A stretch of DNA of 61,807 bases from contig JBFYQX010000092.1 of assembly GCA_041302525.1 (NCBI GenBank), positions 1 to 61,807 on the forward strand. Reading direction: 5' to 3'. Shown here in pieces: positions 1 through 9,073 of this stretch; position 1 is the first letter of the stretch; each line of letters begins with the position of its first letter. The translations under genes and the position numbers were made by a program. The notes below the pieces were generated by a model. It saw only the letters and a list, made by a program, of their open reading frames with translations, made no database searches and was not told where the DNA came from. This DNA is from Candidatus Bipolaricaulota bacterium. Its GTDB lineage: Bacteria; Bipolaricaulota; Bipolaricaulia; UBA7950; UBA9294.

Positions 1-501
1 AACACGAACCCCGATGGGTGGGCGGCCGTGTTCGCGGGGCGCGATGACGCCTCGCGGGCTGCGTTCGCGTGGATGCTCGCGTACGACGTGATCGTGTTCA
101 AGAGCTGCTTTCCGGCATCGAACATCACGGACGAGGAGATGGCCGCGAACTACCGGTCGTGGTACCTCGAGATCCGCGCTGCCGTCGACGGTCATCCGGA
201 TCATCTCTTCATCGCCTTCACGCCGCCTCCGCTCGTTCCCAACGAAACGTCGCCCGAGAACGCGGCGCGGGCTCGCGCCTGGGCCACCTACCTGGCCTCG
301 GACGAGTACGTGGGCGGGCGGGCGAACCTCGCTGTGTTCGACCTCTTCTCGCTTCTTGCCGACGATGCGGGCGTGCTGCGCGTCGAGTACCGAAGCGACG
401 CGTGGGACAGCCATCCCAACGCGCTTGCCAACCGGACGATCGGTCCGCTCCTCGTCGCCGCTGTCGACGCGGCGATCGCACGCTGGCGCAGCGGGTCGTA
501 G
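1..501 (+). CDS. Hypothetical protein, 5'-partial, possibly SGNH/GDSL hydrolase-like
   Basis: Frame is open from base 1 (NTNPDGWAAVF...). C-terminal WDSHPNALAN resembles the SGNH block V DxxHP motif. Confidence 0.5.
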   Translation, partial: NTNPDGWAAVFAGRDDASRAAFAWMLAYDVIVFKSCFPASNITDEEMAANYRSWYLEIRAAVDGHPDHLFIAFTPPPLVPNETSPENAARARAWATYLASDEYVGGRANLAVFDLFSLLADDAGVLRVEYRSDAWDSHPNALANRTIGPLLVAAVDAAIARWRSGS

Positions 502-577
502 CCGGCCGCCGGCAGAGCCTCGGCCGCCACACCGCGCTCGCCTTGGCTAGGATGGGGCACGCCGAGAGGAGGCCGAG

Positions 578-1162
578 ATGTCCACGACGACGCCACGAGT
601 CCGCCTGGCGATCGCCGCCCTCGCGCTGCCGCACGCGGCGGCGCTCCAGGACTTTCTGCCGGACTCCGCCGCGGCGGGCGAGGACGGGATCGACGGCTCC
701 TTCGGCCGCCCGGAGAGGACGCACGCGGAGACGGTGGCCGTGTTCGAGCGCTGGTCGCGCGAAGAGCCACGACCGGGCTGGGTTCCGTGCACGACGCGGC
801 TCTTGTTTGATGGGGAACGGATCGTGGGCGGCTCGAACCTCCGCTACCGCCTGACGCCGCACCTGCTCTCGCACGGCGGGTACGTCGGCTATAGCGTGCG
901 TCCCTCCGATCGCCGGCAAAGGCACGCCCAGGGTCTCCTGCGCGCCGCGGCAAGAGCCGCGCGGCGCATGGAGATCGACCGGCTCCTCGTGACGTGTGAT
1001 GCGAGCAACACGCCCTCGACCTGCGGCGGCGTGCTGGTGAACGAGGTTCCGACGGACGACGGCGAGCCGATCCGCCGGTACTGGATCCGCCTCCGCCCAC
1101 GCCGGCCTACGGGAGCACGCGAACGCGGGGGCCGAATCGGGCCGCGAGATCGTCGATCGTGA
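578..1162 (+). CDS. GNAT-family acetyltransferase (COG3981-like), possibly degraded
   Basis: GxxNLRYRLTPHL..GGYVGYSVRPSDRRQ, LLVTCDxxN and RYWI motifs; SD GAGGAGG upstream of ATG 578. Confidence 0.75.
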   Translation: MSTTTPRVRLAIAALALPHAAALQDFLPDSAAAGEDGIDGSFGRPERTHAETVAVFERWSREEPRPGWVPCTTRLLFDGERIVGGSNLRYRLTPHLLSHGGYVGYSVRPSDRRQRHAQGLLRAAARAARRMEIDRLLVTCDASNTPSTCGGVLVNEVPTDDGEPIRRYWIRLRPRRPTGARERGGRIGPRDRRS

Positions 1163-2081
1163 ACGGCGAGAGGCCGAAGTAGACGACCATCTCGAAGTCC
1201 GACTCGGTGGCCATGTGGTCTTGGCCCACCTTGACCGTGTACGTCCCCGGCGCGACGGGGTACGCGCTCGTGTACACGTCGGCGACGTTGCCCGGCTTGC
1301 GCGTGATCTCGGTCCCGTCGGCGGCGAAGATCCAGCCCGTGATGGCCTCGCCCGCCTGGTCCACGACGCACAGGGCCACGTAGCCGGCTGCCGACACGGT
1401 GAACTCGTAGAGACGCTTGTCGTAGGCGCTTTTGGCGTAGTCGTACGGGCCGATGTGGCCGCGATCCTGCAGAACGACGTAGATGTCGCCTGCGACGGCA
1501 GGCGTCGTCCCCGTCGTCTCCGACCCTCCGGGTGGCAGCGCGCCTGAGGCACCGGCGACCGTCCACGTCCCGACCGCCGCGACGGCGCTGGGCTCGTGGG
1601 CCGCGTAGCTGTCCATCGGAGCCGTGTACGTCAAGATGTAGAACACATCGCCCGGCGCGCGCTCGACAATACCATACCACTCGCGCACGGAAGCCTCGCC
1701 GAACGTGTAGTCGGCGACGAACTGGCGGCCGTCGAGGAGCGCGCCGTCGGCATCGTCGACGTGGAACGCCCCGCCGGCGTAGAGGCAGATCATGTCCGCG
1801 CCGGTTGCCAGCTGGCACTTGAGGCCGGCCACGAGGTCGTCGAGGTCCCCGTACGCGCCGCCTCGCGCGGCGGAGAGAACATTCTGAATCTTGAGCGCCG
1901 CGCCGGCTGGACCCTCGAAGCGAATCGAGGCGGCGTCGGGCCGCGTGAGCGTCCACCCGGCGGGACCCTCAATCGAGTACCCGAGGCTGGCGTCGCGGAA
2001 CACCTGGCCGCTCGTTGCCCATGGAGTCGCCATCAAGAGCCCGAGCACCACGACCGAGACCACTCCCCGTGTCTTCGCCAT
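1107..2081 (-). CDS. Secreted hypothetical protein (signal peptide, PsbP/DcrB-like N domain, C-terminal beta-sandwich)
   Basis: SD AGGAGGAGG before ATG 2081; hydrophobic signal MAKTRGVVSVVVLGLLMA; YSIEGPAGW motif; Thr/Gly linker between domains. Confidence 0.7.
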   Translation of the reverse strand: MAKTRGVVSVVVLGLLMATPWATSGQVFRDASLGYSIEGPAGWTLTRPDAASIRFEGPAGAALKIQNVLSAARGGAYGDLDDLVAGLKCQLATGADMICLYAGGAFHVDDADGALLDGRQFVADYTFGEASVREWYGIVERAPGDVFYILTYTAPMDSYAAHEPSAVAAVGTWTVAGASGALPPGGSETTGTTPAVAGDIYVVLQDRGHIGPYDYAKSAYDKRLYEFTVSAAGYVALCVVDQAGEAITGWIFAADGTEITRKPGNVADVYTSAYPVAPGTYTVKVGQDHMATESDFEMVVYFGLSPFTIDDLAARFGPRVRVLP

Positions 2082-2165
2082 CGCGTACCTCCTCCTGACC
2101 GGCCTTACCGTACGCCGGGCGGCGGCTTCGGACAACCGCAGGGGCACGGGTACCATGGCGCGGCG

Positions 2166-3086
2166 ATGGACGGACCGACACGGACGCGCGGGCGGAGCGA
2201 GCGGGGGCAAGCGGTTGTGTTGGCCCTCGTCGTCACCTTCCTGTGGTCAACGTCCTGGATCCTGATCAAGTGGGGCCTGCCCTCGATTCCGCCGCTCTTG
2301 TTCGCCGGGCTCCGCTATACCCTGGCGTTCCTCTGCCTGGCCCCGATCCTTTGGTTGCGCCGTGACGAAGCGCGCGAGGCGGTCCGCCACGGCGGCGGCC
2401 TGCTCCTTGCGCTGGGGGTCACGCTGTACGCGGCGACCCAGGGCGGCCAGTTCGTCGCCCTCGCCCATCTCGAGGCGACGACGCTCAGTCTGTTTCTCTC
2501 GATGACCACGGCCGTCGTCGCGCTGTTCAGCGCCGCGGGACGCCGCGAGGCGCCGCGGCCGCTGCAGTGGGCCGGAGTCGCCGTGGCGGCGCTCGGTGCG
2601 GCGGCGTACTTCGCGCCTCAGCGCGGCAGCGCGGGCGCCCCGATCGGCTACGCGTTTGCCGGACTGACGGTTGTCGCCAACGCGGTCGCGTCGATCCTGG
2701 GACGTCGCGCCAACCGCGCCGCGCTCGCCAGCCCAGCGGTCATCACGGCGCTCAGCATGGGCGTCGGTGCGGCAATCCTCCTCGGCGCGGGGTTGGCCGT
2801 CGAGGGGATTCCACAGCTCCCGGCGACGTCGTGGGCGATCGTGGCCTGGCTCGCCGTCGTCAACACGGCGGTCGCGTTCACGCTTTGGAATCGTTCCCTG
2901 CGCGCCCTCACCGCGGTCGAGTCCTCGGTCCTCAACAACACGATGCTCGTCCAGGTTGCCGTGTTGGCATGGCTGTTCCTCGGGGAGACCCGCGGGCCGC
3001 TTGAGATCGCCGGGTTGGCGTGCGTCGCGATCGGCACCTTCCTCGTGCACTGGCGCCGCCGCGCACCCTCTCCGTCCGGCGCGTGA
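2166..3086 (+). CDS. EamA/DMT family transporter
   Basis: LWSTSWILIK..L..IPPLLFAGLRY start, about 10 hydrophobic segments, WLFLGE near the C-terminus. Start placed at ATG 2166. Confidence 0.9.
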   Translation: MDGPTRTRGRSERGQAVVLALVVTFLWSTSWILIKWGLPSIPPLLFAGLRYTLAFLCLAPILWLRRDEAREAVRHGGGLLLALGVTLYAATQGGQFVALAHLEATTLSLFLSMTTAVVALFSAAGRREAPRPLQWAGVAVAALGAAAYFAPQRGSAGAPIGYAFAGLTVVANAVASILGRRANRAALASPAVITALSMGVGAAILLGAGLAVEGIPQLPATSWAIVAWLAVVNTAVAFTLWNRSLRALTAVESSVLNNTMLVQVAVLAWLFLGETRGPLEIAGLACVAIGTFLVHWRRRAPSPSGA

Positions 3087-3172
3087 GGTCGAGGGCGATC
3101 CGCTGGCCTCGCACCGCGCACGCGAGTGGGAGGCATGCGGCTACGCCGAGGAGAATGAGGTGTGTGTCCCCG

Positions 3173-4330
3173 CTACTTGAGGGCTTCTTGGCCGGCGAAG
3201 GCGCGGTAGGGCGAGAGGAGCTCGAGGATCTCGTCGTCGCCCGAAGTGGGCGCGCCGCGCACGACGCGGTCGATCAGCTCGCCGAGCCCGGGCCCGAGCA
3301 TGAATCCCTGGCCGCACATGCCGACGGCGGCAAAGTAGCCGCGCGTCGCGCGCGACCAGCCGACGAGCGGGGACCCGTCCGGCGTCATGGGGTAGAGCCC
3401 GCGCCACGTGCGCCGCACGCGCAGGTTGGCGAGCACGGGCATCAGGTCGACCATGCGCTTGGCGACCATCGGCAGGAAGGCGCTCGTCTCGCGGCGGTCG
3501 AAGCCCCAGATGTTGGGGCTGGGCGTGATGCAGAAGACGATCTGCCCGGTCGCTAGCTGGAAGAAGTAGTAGTTGGCCGATCCGGGCGCCGGGCGGATGT
3601 CGACGACCATCGGATCGAGGAAGTGCGCGACGGGCTCGGTGATGCCGCCCTCGTGGGAGTCCGGGCGCACCGGGTGGTCTTCGCCGACGAGCGCGCCGAC
3701 GTCGCGGGCCCACGCGCCGGCGGCGTTCACGACGAGGGGAGCCGCGTAGCTGTCCTTGTCGGTGGCGACACCGCGGATGCGGCCGCCGGCGACCTCGATG
3801 GCCGTCACCGGCTCGCCGAAGCGGAACTCGGCTCCCGCCGATCGCGCTTGGCGGTACATGGCGTGCCCAAAGAGGAGCGGCGAGCAATGGCCGTCGCCGG
3901 GCGCGAACGTGCCCCCCAGCAGGCCCTCGCGGCGCAGGCTCGGGATGCGTGCGCGGAGGGCGTCGGCGTCGTGCCAGTCGATCTCAAGGCCGTATCGCTT
4001 CTGGGTCACGAGGAGGTCCTTGAGGAGCTTCTCCTCGCGCGGCGCGTAGGCGACGAACGAGTACCCGCCCGTCGTCCACTCGATGTCGTCTCCGTGCGCC
4101 TCGCGCCACGTCGTGGCGATCTCGAGCGAGCGCAGGCAGAGGCGGATCTTGGCTGGATCGGAGTGCGTCGCGCGGATGCCGCCGATGGCCGTCTTGTTTG
4201 ATCCCTGCCCGGGGCTGGCGAACGGGTCGAGCACCAGGACCGAGAGCCCGCTTCGGGCCATGGCCCACGCGGTCGGAACGCCGACGCTGCCGGCGCCGAG
4301 GACGATGGCGTCGTAGGCCCTGGGGGTCAT
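3173..4330 (-). CDS. FAD-dependent oxidoreductase, sarcosine oxidase beta / dye-linked L-proline dehydrogenase beta-like
   Basis: GAGSVG dinucleotide motif, GIRATH, VNAAGAW, YPMTPDGSP, GQGFMLGP; ATGA overlap with the upstream gene. Confidence 0.9.
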   Translation of the reverse strand: MTPRAYDAIVLGAGSVGVPTAWAMARSGLSVLVLDPFASPGQGSNKTAIGGIRATHSDPAKIRLCLRSLEIATTWREAHGDDIEWTTGGYSFVAYAPREEKLLKDLLVTQKRYGLEIDWHDADALRARIPSLRREGLLGGTFAPGDGHCSPLLFGHAMYRQARSAGAEFRFGEPVTAIEVAGGRIRGVATDKDSYAAPLVVNAAGAWARDVGALVGEDHPVRPDSHEGGITEPVAHFLDPMVVDIRPAPGSANYYFFQLATGQIVFCITPSPNIWGFDRRETSAFLPMVAKRMVDLMPVLANLRVRRTWRGLYPMTPDGSPLVGWSRATRGYFAAVGMCGQGFMLGPGLGELIDRVVRGAPTSGDDEILELLSPYRAFAGQEALK

Positions 4331-6402
4331 GGCTTCGCCTCCTCGACGCCGGCGAACACGCCGAGCGGAACCTCGACGAAGAGCGGCCGGCGCACGCCCT
4401 CGGTGATCTCGCGCGGCGAGATCCCCGCCTCGCGGAACAATCTCGCGATGAGCGCCGTGCAGGTCTTCCCGCCGCACGCGCCCATGCCCGCCCGGCTCAC
4501 GATCTTCAGCTCGTTGATGTCGCGAATCCCGCGCTCGATGAGCGCGCGAATCTCGCCCGCCGTCACCCGCTCGCAGCGGCAGACGATCGCCTCGTCGGGA
4601 AGCGGTTCGACGGCCTCGGGGAGCGGCGCGCCGACCCACGGCGCCTGCACGCGCAGCCCGGCGGCGCGCTGGGCGATCGCGCGCGGCAAACGCACGCGGA
4701 CGAGGAGCGTCCGGTCGCTCGGGCGAACCGCCTCGACGCGGGCGGTCGCCACCTCCGCGCCTTCTGTGTCGAGCACGACGACCTCGCCTCCGATCGCGGG
4801 GCGGGCGAGGCCGAACTCCATCGGGAGGGTCACGGTCGGCGTCTCGCGGTCCTTGCGGTAGTCGACGAGCGTGATTGCCAGGCCCGGGCAGACGCTGACG
4901 CAGCGGTCGCACCCGATGCAGGCCTTCCCTCCCTCGCCGCCATGAAAGGTCGGCAGCCCGCGGATGTCAACCTCGTCGATGTGGATGAGGTCTTGCGGGC
5001 ACACCGACGTGCATGGGTTGCACGGGATCTCCTGCGTGCAGTGGAAGATCGGCACGACGCCGTCGCCGGCGTCGTCTGCCGACTCGCCGCACGTCGCTCC
5101 CGGTTTCGATTTCAGGATCTCGCCCATGGCGCGCCAGGCGTCGGGGACCTCGTCGGCCGCGCGCCCCAGGGCGCGCGCGATCTCGAGCCCGCGGATCTTG
5201 CCAGCGAAGATGGCCGCCGACGCCTCGGCGATCTCCTCCGCGTCGCCGGCCGCGTAGGCGGGCAGACCGATCTCGCGCGCCGAGCGGAGGAACTCGTCGA
5301 CCGGATCGAGGCCGACGGCGATGAGCACCGTGTCGCAGGCGAACGACCGCTCGCTGCCCGGGACGGGTCGGAACCGCTCGCCGACGCGGGCGATGGTCAC
5401 GGACTCGACAGCCTCGCGGCCGTTCGCCGAGAGGATTGTGTGCGACGTGTGGATGGGGACGCCCATGCGCGCGAGCTTGTCCTTGTGAACCTTGTAGCCG
5501 CCGCACTCGGGGAGCGCCTCGACCAGCCCGACGACGTCGATGCCCGCCTGGAGCGCGTGGTAGCCGGCGATGAGGCCTACGTTGCCGCCGCCGACGATGA
5601 ACAGGCGGTCCGCGGCCTTCACGAGGTCGCGGTTGACGAGCGTCTGGAACGCGCCGGCGCCGTAGACGCCGGGTAGCGTGTTGCCGCTGAACACGAGCGA
5701 CTTCTCGCGCGCTCCGGTCGCGACGAGGAGCACTTCGGGGCGAACGAGCGTGTACTGGCCGCGCCGCAGGACGCCGACCGCGCCGTCGCCGAACACGGCC
5801 AGCGCCGTCGACCCGAGCCACACCTCGACGTTCGAGAGCGCGCGCACGTCGCGCGCCAGGCGCTCTCCGATGTCGATGCCTCGCGTGCCGGCGTACACGG
5901 CCTCGGTCGACCCAAAGAAGCGGTGCGTCTGGAGGACGAGCTTGCCGCCGAGCCGCTCCTTGTCATCCACGAGCAGCACGTCGACGCCGCGCGATCCGAG
6001 TTCGATGGCCGCCGAGAGGCCGGCCGGCCCGCCGCCGAGGATCAGGACGGGCACATGTCGCGTCTCGACGTCGCGCATGCGGTCGGCGCTGTCGCGCGCC
6101 GGCAGGGTCGGCAGGCCGTCGACGGGCTCGACGATCATGCCAGGGCGCGCCTCGGTCATGCAGGCCTTGACCGGCTTGCCGTCGGCAATGACGAGACACT
6201 GCGCGCACTGCCCGTTGGCGCAGAAGAGGCCCTGCGGCGCGCCGTCCTTGGGGTGGTGGCCGAAGACGCGGATCCCGACAGCAAAGAGGGCCGACGAGAT
6301 CATGTCGCCGGGAAAGGCCGTGACGGGCGACCCGGCGTACGTGAAGCGGAAGGGATTGTCCCACTCCCGCTGAACGATCGGATGATCTTCAAGTCGTGGC
6401 AC
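4327..6402 (-). CDS. Fused 2Fe-2S / FAD-NAD oxidoreductase / 4Fe-4S / BFD protein (proline dehydrogenase or sarcosine oxidase alpha-like)
   Basis: GLFCANGQCAQC...AC (Fer2), GGGPAGLSAA, VGGGNVG, CTQEIPCNPC..VCP, CIGCDRCVSVCP, CRCE...GMGACGGKTC (BFD). Confidence 0.88.
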   Translation of the reverse strand: MPRLEDHPIVQREWDNPFRFTYAGSPVTAFPGDMISSALFAVGIRVFGHHPKDGAPQGLFCANGQCAQCLVIADGKPVKACMTEARPGMIVEPVDGLPTLPARDSADRMRDVETRHVPVLILGGGPAGLSAAIELGSRGVDVLLVDDKERLGGKLVLQTHRFFGSTEAVYAGTRGIDIGERLARDVRALSNVEVWLGSTALAVFGDGAVGVLRRGQYTLVRPEVLLVATGAREKSLVFSGNTLPGVYGAGAFQTLVNRDLVKAADRLFIVGGGNVGLIAGYHALQAGIDVVGLVEALPECGGYKVHKDKLARMGVPIHTSHTILSANGREAVESVTIARVGERFRPVPGSERSFACDTVLIAVGLDPVDEFLRSAREIGLPAYAAGDAEEIAEASAAIFAGKIRGLEIARALGRAADEVPDAWRAMGEILKSKPGATCGESADDAGDGVVPIFHCTQEIPCNPCTSVCPQDLIHIDEVDIRGLPTFHGGEGGKACIGCDRCVSVCPGLAITLVDYRKDRETPTVTLPMEFGLARPAIGGEVVVLDTEGAEVATARVEAVRPSDRTLLVRVRLPRAIAQRAAGLRVQAPWVGAPLPEAVEPLPDEAIVCRCERVTAGEIRALIERGIRDINELKIVSRAGMGACGGKTCTALIARLFREAGISPREITEGVRRPLFVEVPLGVFAGVEEAKP

Positions 6403-7039
6403 GACGTGGTTCCTTTCTCTCCCTGGGGCGCGAGGTTTCGCCGGCGGCGCTCTTGCGGGCGCGTCGGGGCGCTGGCACGGGTGCAGCGTCGATGAAGCGC
6501 TCGGTCACGGCCATCAGGATGCGCGCCCCCGATCGGCCGGCCCGATACTCGTGTCGCTCGCGCGACGCGATCCGGTAGCTGTCCCCGACGGCGAGCGCGT
6601 GCTCTTCGTCGCCCACCCACAGCGTCAGCGCGCCGGCGAGGATGTAGCCCAGCTCCTCGCCCTCGTGCGGCGTCGCTTCCTGGCGGGCACCGGCCGGGAA
6701 CTCGGCGATCAACAGCTCCTCGATCGGCGCGGCGGGCAGCTGCGGCGAGAGGTAGCGGTAGGCGACCGCGGAGTCGCCGATCTGGATGCGGAGCTGCTCG
6801 GCCGCCGGCGTCACCCGGTCCGGCCCCCGAAGCAACGGGCCGCTGCTCGTGAACAGGCGATCCATCGGGAGATCGAGCGCGTGACAGATTGCGGCGAGCG
6901 AGACGATGGAGAGCGTCGATTGGTCGCGCTCGACCTGCGACAGGAACCCCGTCGACAGCCCCGAGCGTACGGAGAGCGTCTCCAGCGTCCAGCCTCGTTC
7001 TTGACGCGCCTTGCGGAGTTGTGCCCCAATGTCCGGCAT
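6389..7039 (-). CDS. XRE-family HTH plus cupin transcriptional regulator
   Basis: IGAQLRKARQERGWTLETLS..SGLSTGFLSQVER HTH; HEGEELGYILAG and GDSY cupin motifs. Confidence 0.9.
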   Translation of the reverse strand: MPDIGAQLRKARQERGWTLETLSVRSGLSTGFLSQVERDQSTLSIVSLAAICHALDLPMDRLFTSSGPLLRGPDRVTPAAEQLRIQIGDSAVAYRYLSPQLPAAPIEELLIAEFPAGARQEATPHEGEELGYILAGALTLWVGDEEHALAVGDSYRIASRERHEYRAGRSGARILMAVTERFIDAAPVPAPRRARKSAAGETSRPRERKEPRRATT

Positions 7040-7060
7040 GTCGTTCAGTATATCGAAGGT

Positions 7061-7080
7061 TGCGTTCGATATCTAACGCA
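7061..7080. promoter_or_regulatory. 20-bp near-perfect palindrome, candidate operator between divergent genes
   Basis: TGCGTTCGATATCTAACGCA; lies over the putative -35 (TTAGAT) of the XRE gene promoter, whose -10 is TATACT at 7052-7047. Confidence 0.5.
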
Positions 7081-7129
7081 GCTGGGCGGCGGGCGCCGGG
7101 CGGCGTACACTCAGCACACGGGAGGGACC

Positions 7130-8197
7130 ATGCAGAAGCAGCGTCTGGATTTCCTGAAGAAGCTCATGAACACGGTGTGCCCCACCGGGTACGAGGAAGA
7201 GGCGGCACGCGTCTGGCGGGACGAGGCGGCACGCTTCGCGGACCGCACGTGGATCGACGTGAACGGGAATGCCATCGCGGCGATCAACGAGAAGGCCCCG
7301 TTCCGGGTGATGATCGCCGGCCACCTCGACGAGATCGGGCTCATGGTCACCTACGTGGACGATCGCGGGTACCTGTCGTTCACGGGGCTCGGGGGCTGGG
7401 ACATGGCCATCCTGCCCGGCCAGCGCGTCCGCATTCGGACCGCCAAGGGCGACGTCCTCGGCGTGATCGGCCGCAAGCCGATCCACCTGATGCGCGAGGA
7501 GGACCGGAAAAACCTGCCCAAGTTCGAGGATCTTTGGATCGACATCGGCGCGAAGGACAAGGCCGCCGCGCTGAAGATCGTCGCCCTCGGCGACCCGGCC
7601 GTCCTCGACTACGGGGTCGAGGAGCTGCGCGACGGGATCCTCGTCGGGCGCGGCATTGACGACCGCATCGGCTCGTTCGTTGCCCTCGAGGCGCTCCGCC
7701 TGCTCAAGCAGGCCAAGACGCCGCTCGGCGTGTTCGCTGTCGCGTCGACGCAGGAGGAGATCGGCTCGCGCGGCGCCCAGACCAGCGGCTACGGGATCGA
7801 TCCGCAGGTCGGATTCGCCGTCGACGTGGGCTTCTGCACCGATTACCCCGGCATGGACGACGCGAAGAAGAAGTGGGGCGAGGTCACGATGCGCGGCGGT
7901 CCCATCATCACCCGCGGGCCGAACGCCAACCCGCAGCTCTATAAGCGCGTGCTCGACGCCGCGGCGAAGAGCAAGATGCCGGTCCAGATCGAGCCGTACC
8001 CGCGCGGCACCGGGACCGACGGGAACGTCATGCAGTTGCTGCGCGGCGGCGTGGCGACCGCGATCATCTCGATCCCGAATCGTTACATGCACTCGCCCTG
8101 CGAACTGGTGCATGTCGATGACGTCGAGAACGCGGCCAAGCTCATCGCGCTCACGGTCTCCGGGATGACCGCCAAGACGCGGTTCGCCCCCGAGTAG
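7130..8197 (+). CDS. M42 family metallo-aminopeptidase (TET/FrvX-like)
   Basis: GHLDEIG, GGWD, DDRIG, QEEIG, VDV and RYMHSP metal-ligand motifs; SD GGAGG. Confidence 0.92.
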   Translation: MQKQRLDFLKKLMNTVCPTGYEEEAARVWRDEAARFADRTWIDVNGNAIAAINEKAPFRVMIAGHLDEIGLMVTYVDDRGYLSFTGLGGWDMAILPGQRVRIRTAKGDVLGVIGRKPIHLMREEDRKNLPKFEDLWIDIGAKDKAAALKIVALGDPAVLDYGVEELRDGILVGRGIDDRIGSFVALEALRLLKQAKTPLGVFAVASTQEEIGSRGAQTSGYGIDPQVGFAVDVGFCTDYPGMDDAKKKWGEVTMRGGPIITRGPNANPQLYKRVLDAAAKSKMPVQIEPYPRGTGTDGNVMQLLRGGVATAIISIPNRYMHSPCELVHVDDVENAAKLIALTVSGMTAKTRFAPE

Positions 8198-8212
8198 AGA
8201 CGCGCCGGGTTC

Positions 8213-8262
8213 GAGGCGGGCGCAGGCCGTCCACGGCAGGACGCTTGCGCCCGCTTCTCGTT
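8213..8262 (+). terminator. Possible terminator hairpin after the M42 gene
   Basis: GCGGGCGCA (8216-8224) and TGCGCCCGC (8246-8254) followed by TTCTCGTT; the loop is long. Confidence 0.3.
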
Positions 8263-8272
8263 GGGGTATAGT
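8245..8272 (+). promoter_or_regulatory. sigma70-type promoter of the thi operon
   Basis: TTGCGC-16 nt-TATAGT directly upstream of the riboswitch. Confidence 0.55.
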
Positions 8273-8273
8273 G

Positions 8274-8371
<98 letters not shown>

Positions 8372-8422
8372 CGTCACGCCGCTCTCGCCAGACTCCGATC
8401 TCGCGCTCCCCGAGGAGCGATC

Positions 8423-9073
8423 GTGGACCGGATCGTCATCTTGGCGAACGGAACCTGGAGCACGCGGACGCAGATCCGGCGGCACGCCGCCGCGGCCGAC
8501 TTCGTCATCGCCGCCGACGGCGGCTTCGCCAAGGCGCGACGCGCGAGGGTTCGCGTCGACCTCGTGGTCGGCGACTTCGACTCGCTCGCTCCGGGCGCGT
8601 TCCGCGCCCTCGAGCGCGCCGGGATCGAGGTTCGTCGACACCCCGTGGAGAAGGACGCGTCTGACCTCGAGCTGGCGCTCGACGAGGCGCTGGCGCGCCG
8701 GCCGCGCTCGGTCACGATCGTCGGGGCGCTTGGCGCACGGATCGACCACACGTTGACCAACATCCACCTCCTGGAACGTGGGGCGGCCGCCGGCGTGGAC
8801 GTGCGGCTGGTGCACGGCGCCGACACGATCGCCCTCATCGAGGGTCCATCGGTGCTGGCCGACGCGCGGGTCGGGGATCGGGTTTCTCTCGTGCCGCTGT
8901 CGGAGACGGCGCGCGTCTCTACAGAGGGCCTGCGCTACCCGTTGCGCGACGAGGTGCTGCGTCGCTGCGCGTCGCGCGGCGTCTCGAACGAAGTCGCAGC
9001 CCTTCCCGTCCGCATCGACGCCGCCGCGGGCCGGCTGATCGCGATCCATGGCCGCAGGGAGGTCCGCCGATGA
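8423..9073 (+). CDS. thiN: Thiamine diphosphokinase
   Basis: IAADGG, VGDFDS, EKDASDLELAL, GALGARIDH, LRYPL and GVSNE motifs. Confidence 0.92.
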   Translation: MDRIVILANGTWSTRTQIRRHAAAADFVIAADGGFAKARRARVRVDLVVGDFDSLAPGAFRALERAGIEVRRHPVEKDASDLELALDEALARRPRSVTIVGALGARIDHTLTNIHLLERGAAAGVDVRLVHGADTIALIEGPSVLADARVGDRVSLVPLSETARVSTEGLRYPLRDEVLRRCASRGVSNEVAALPVRIDAAAGRLIAIHGRREVRR

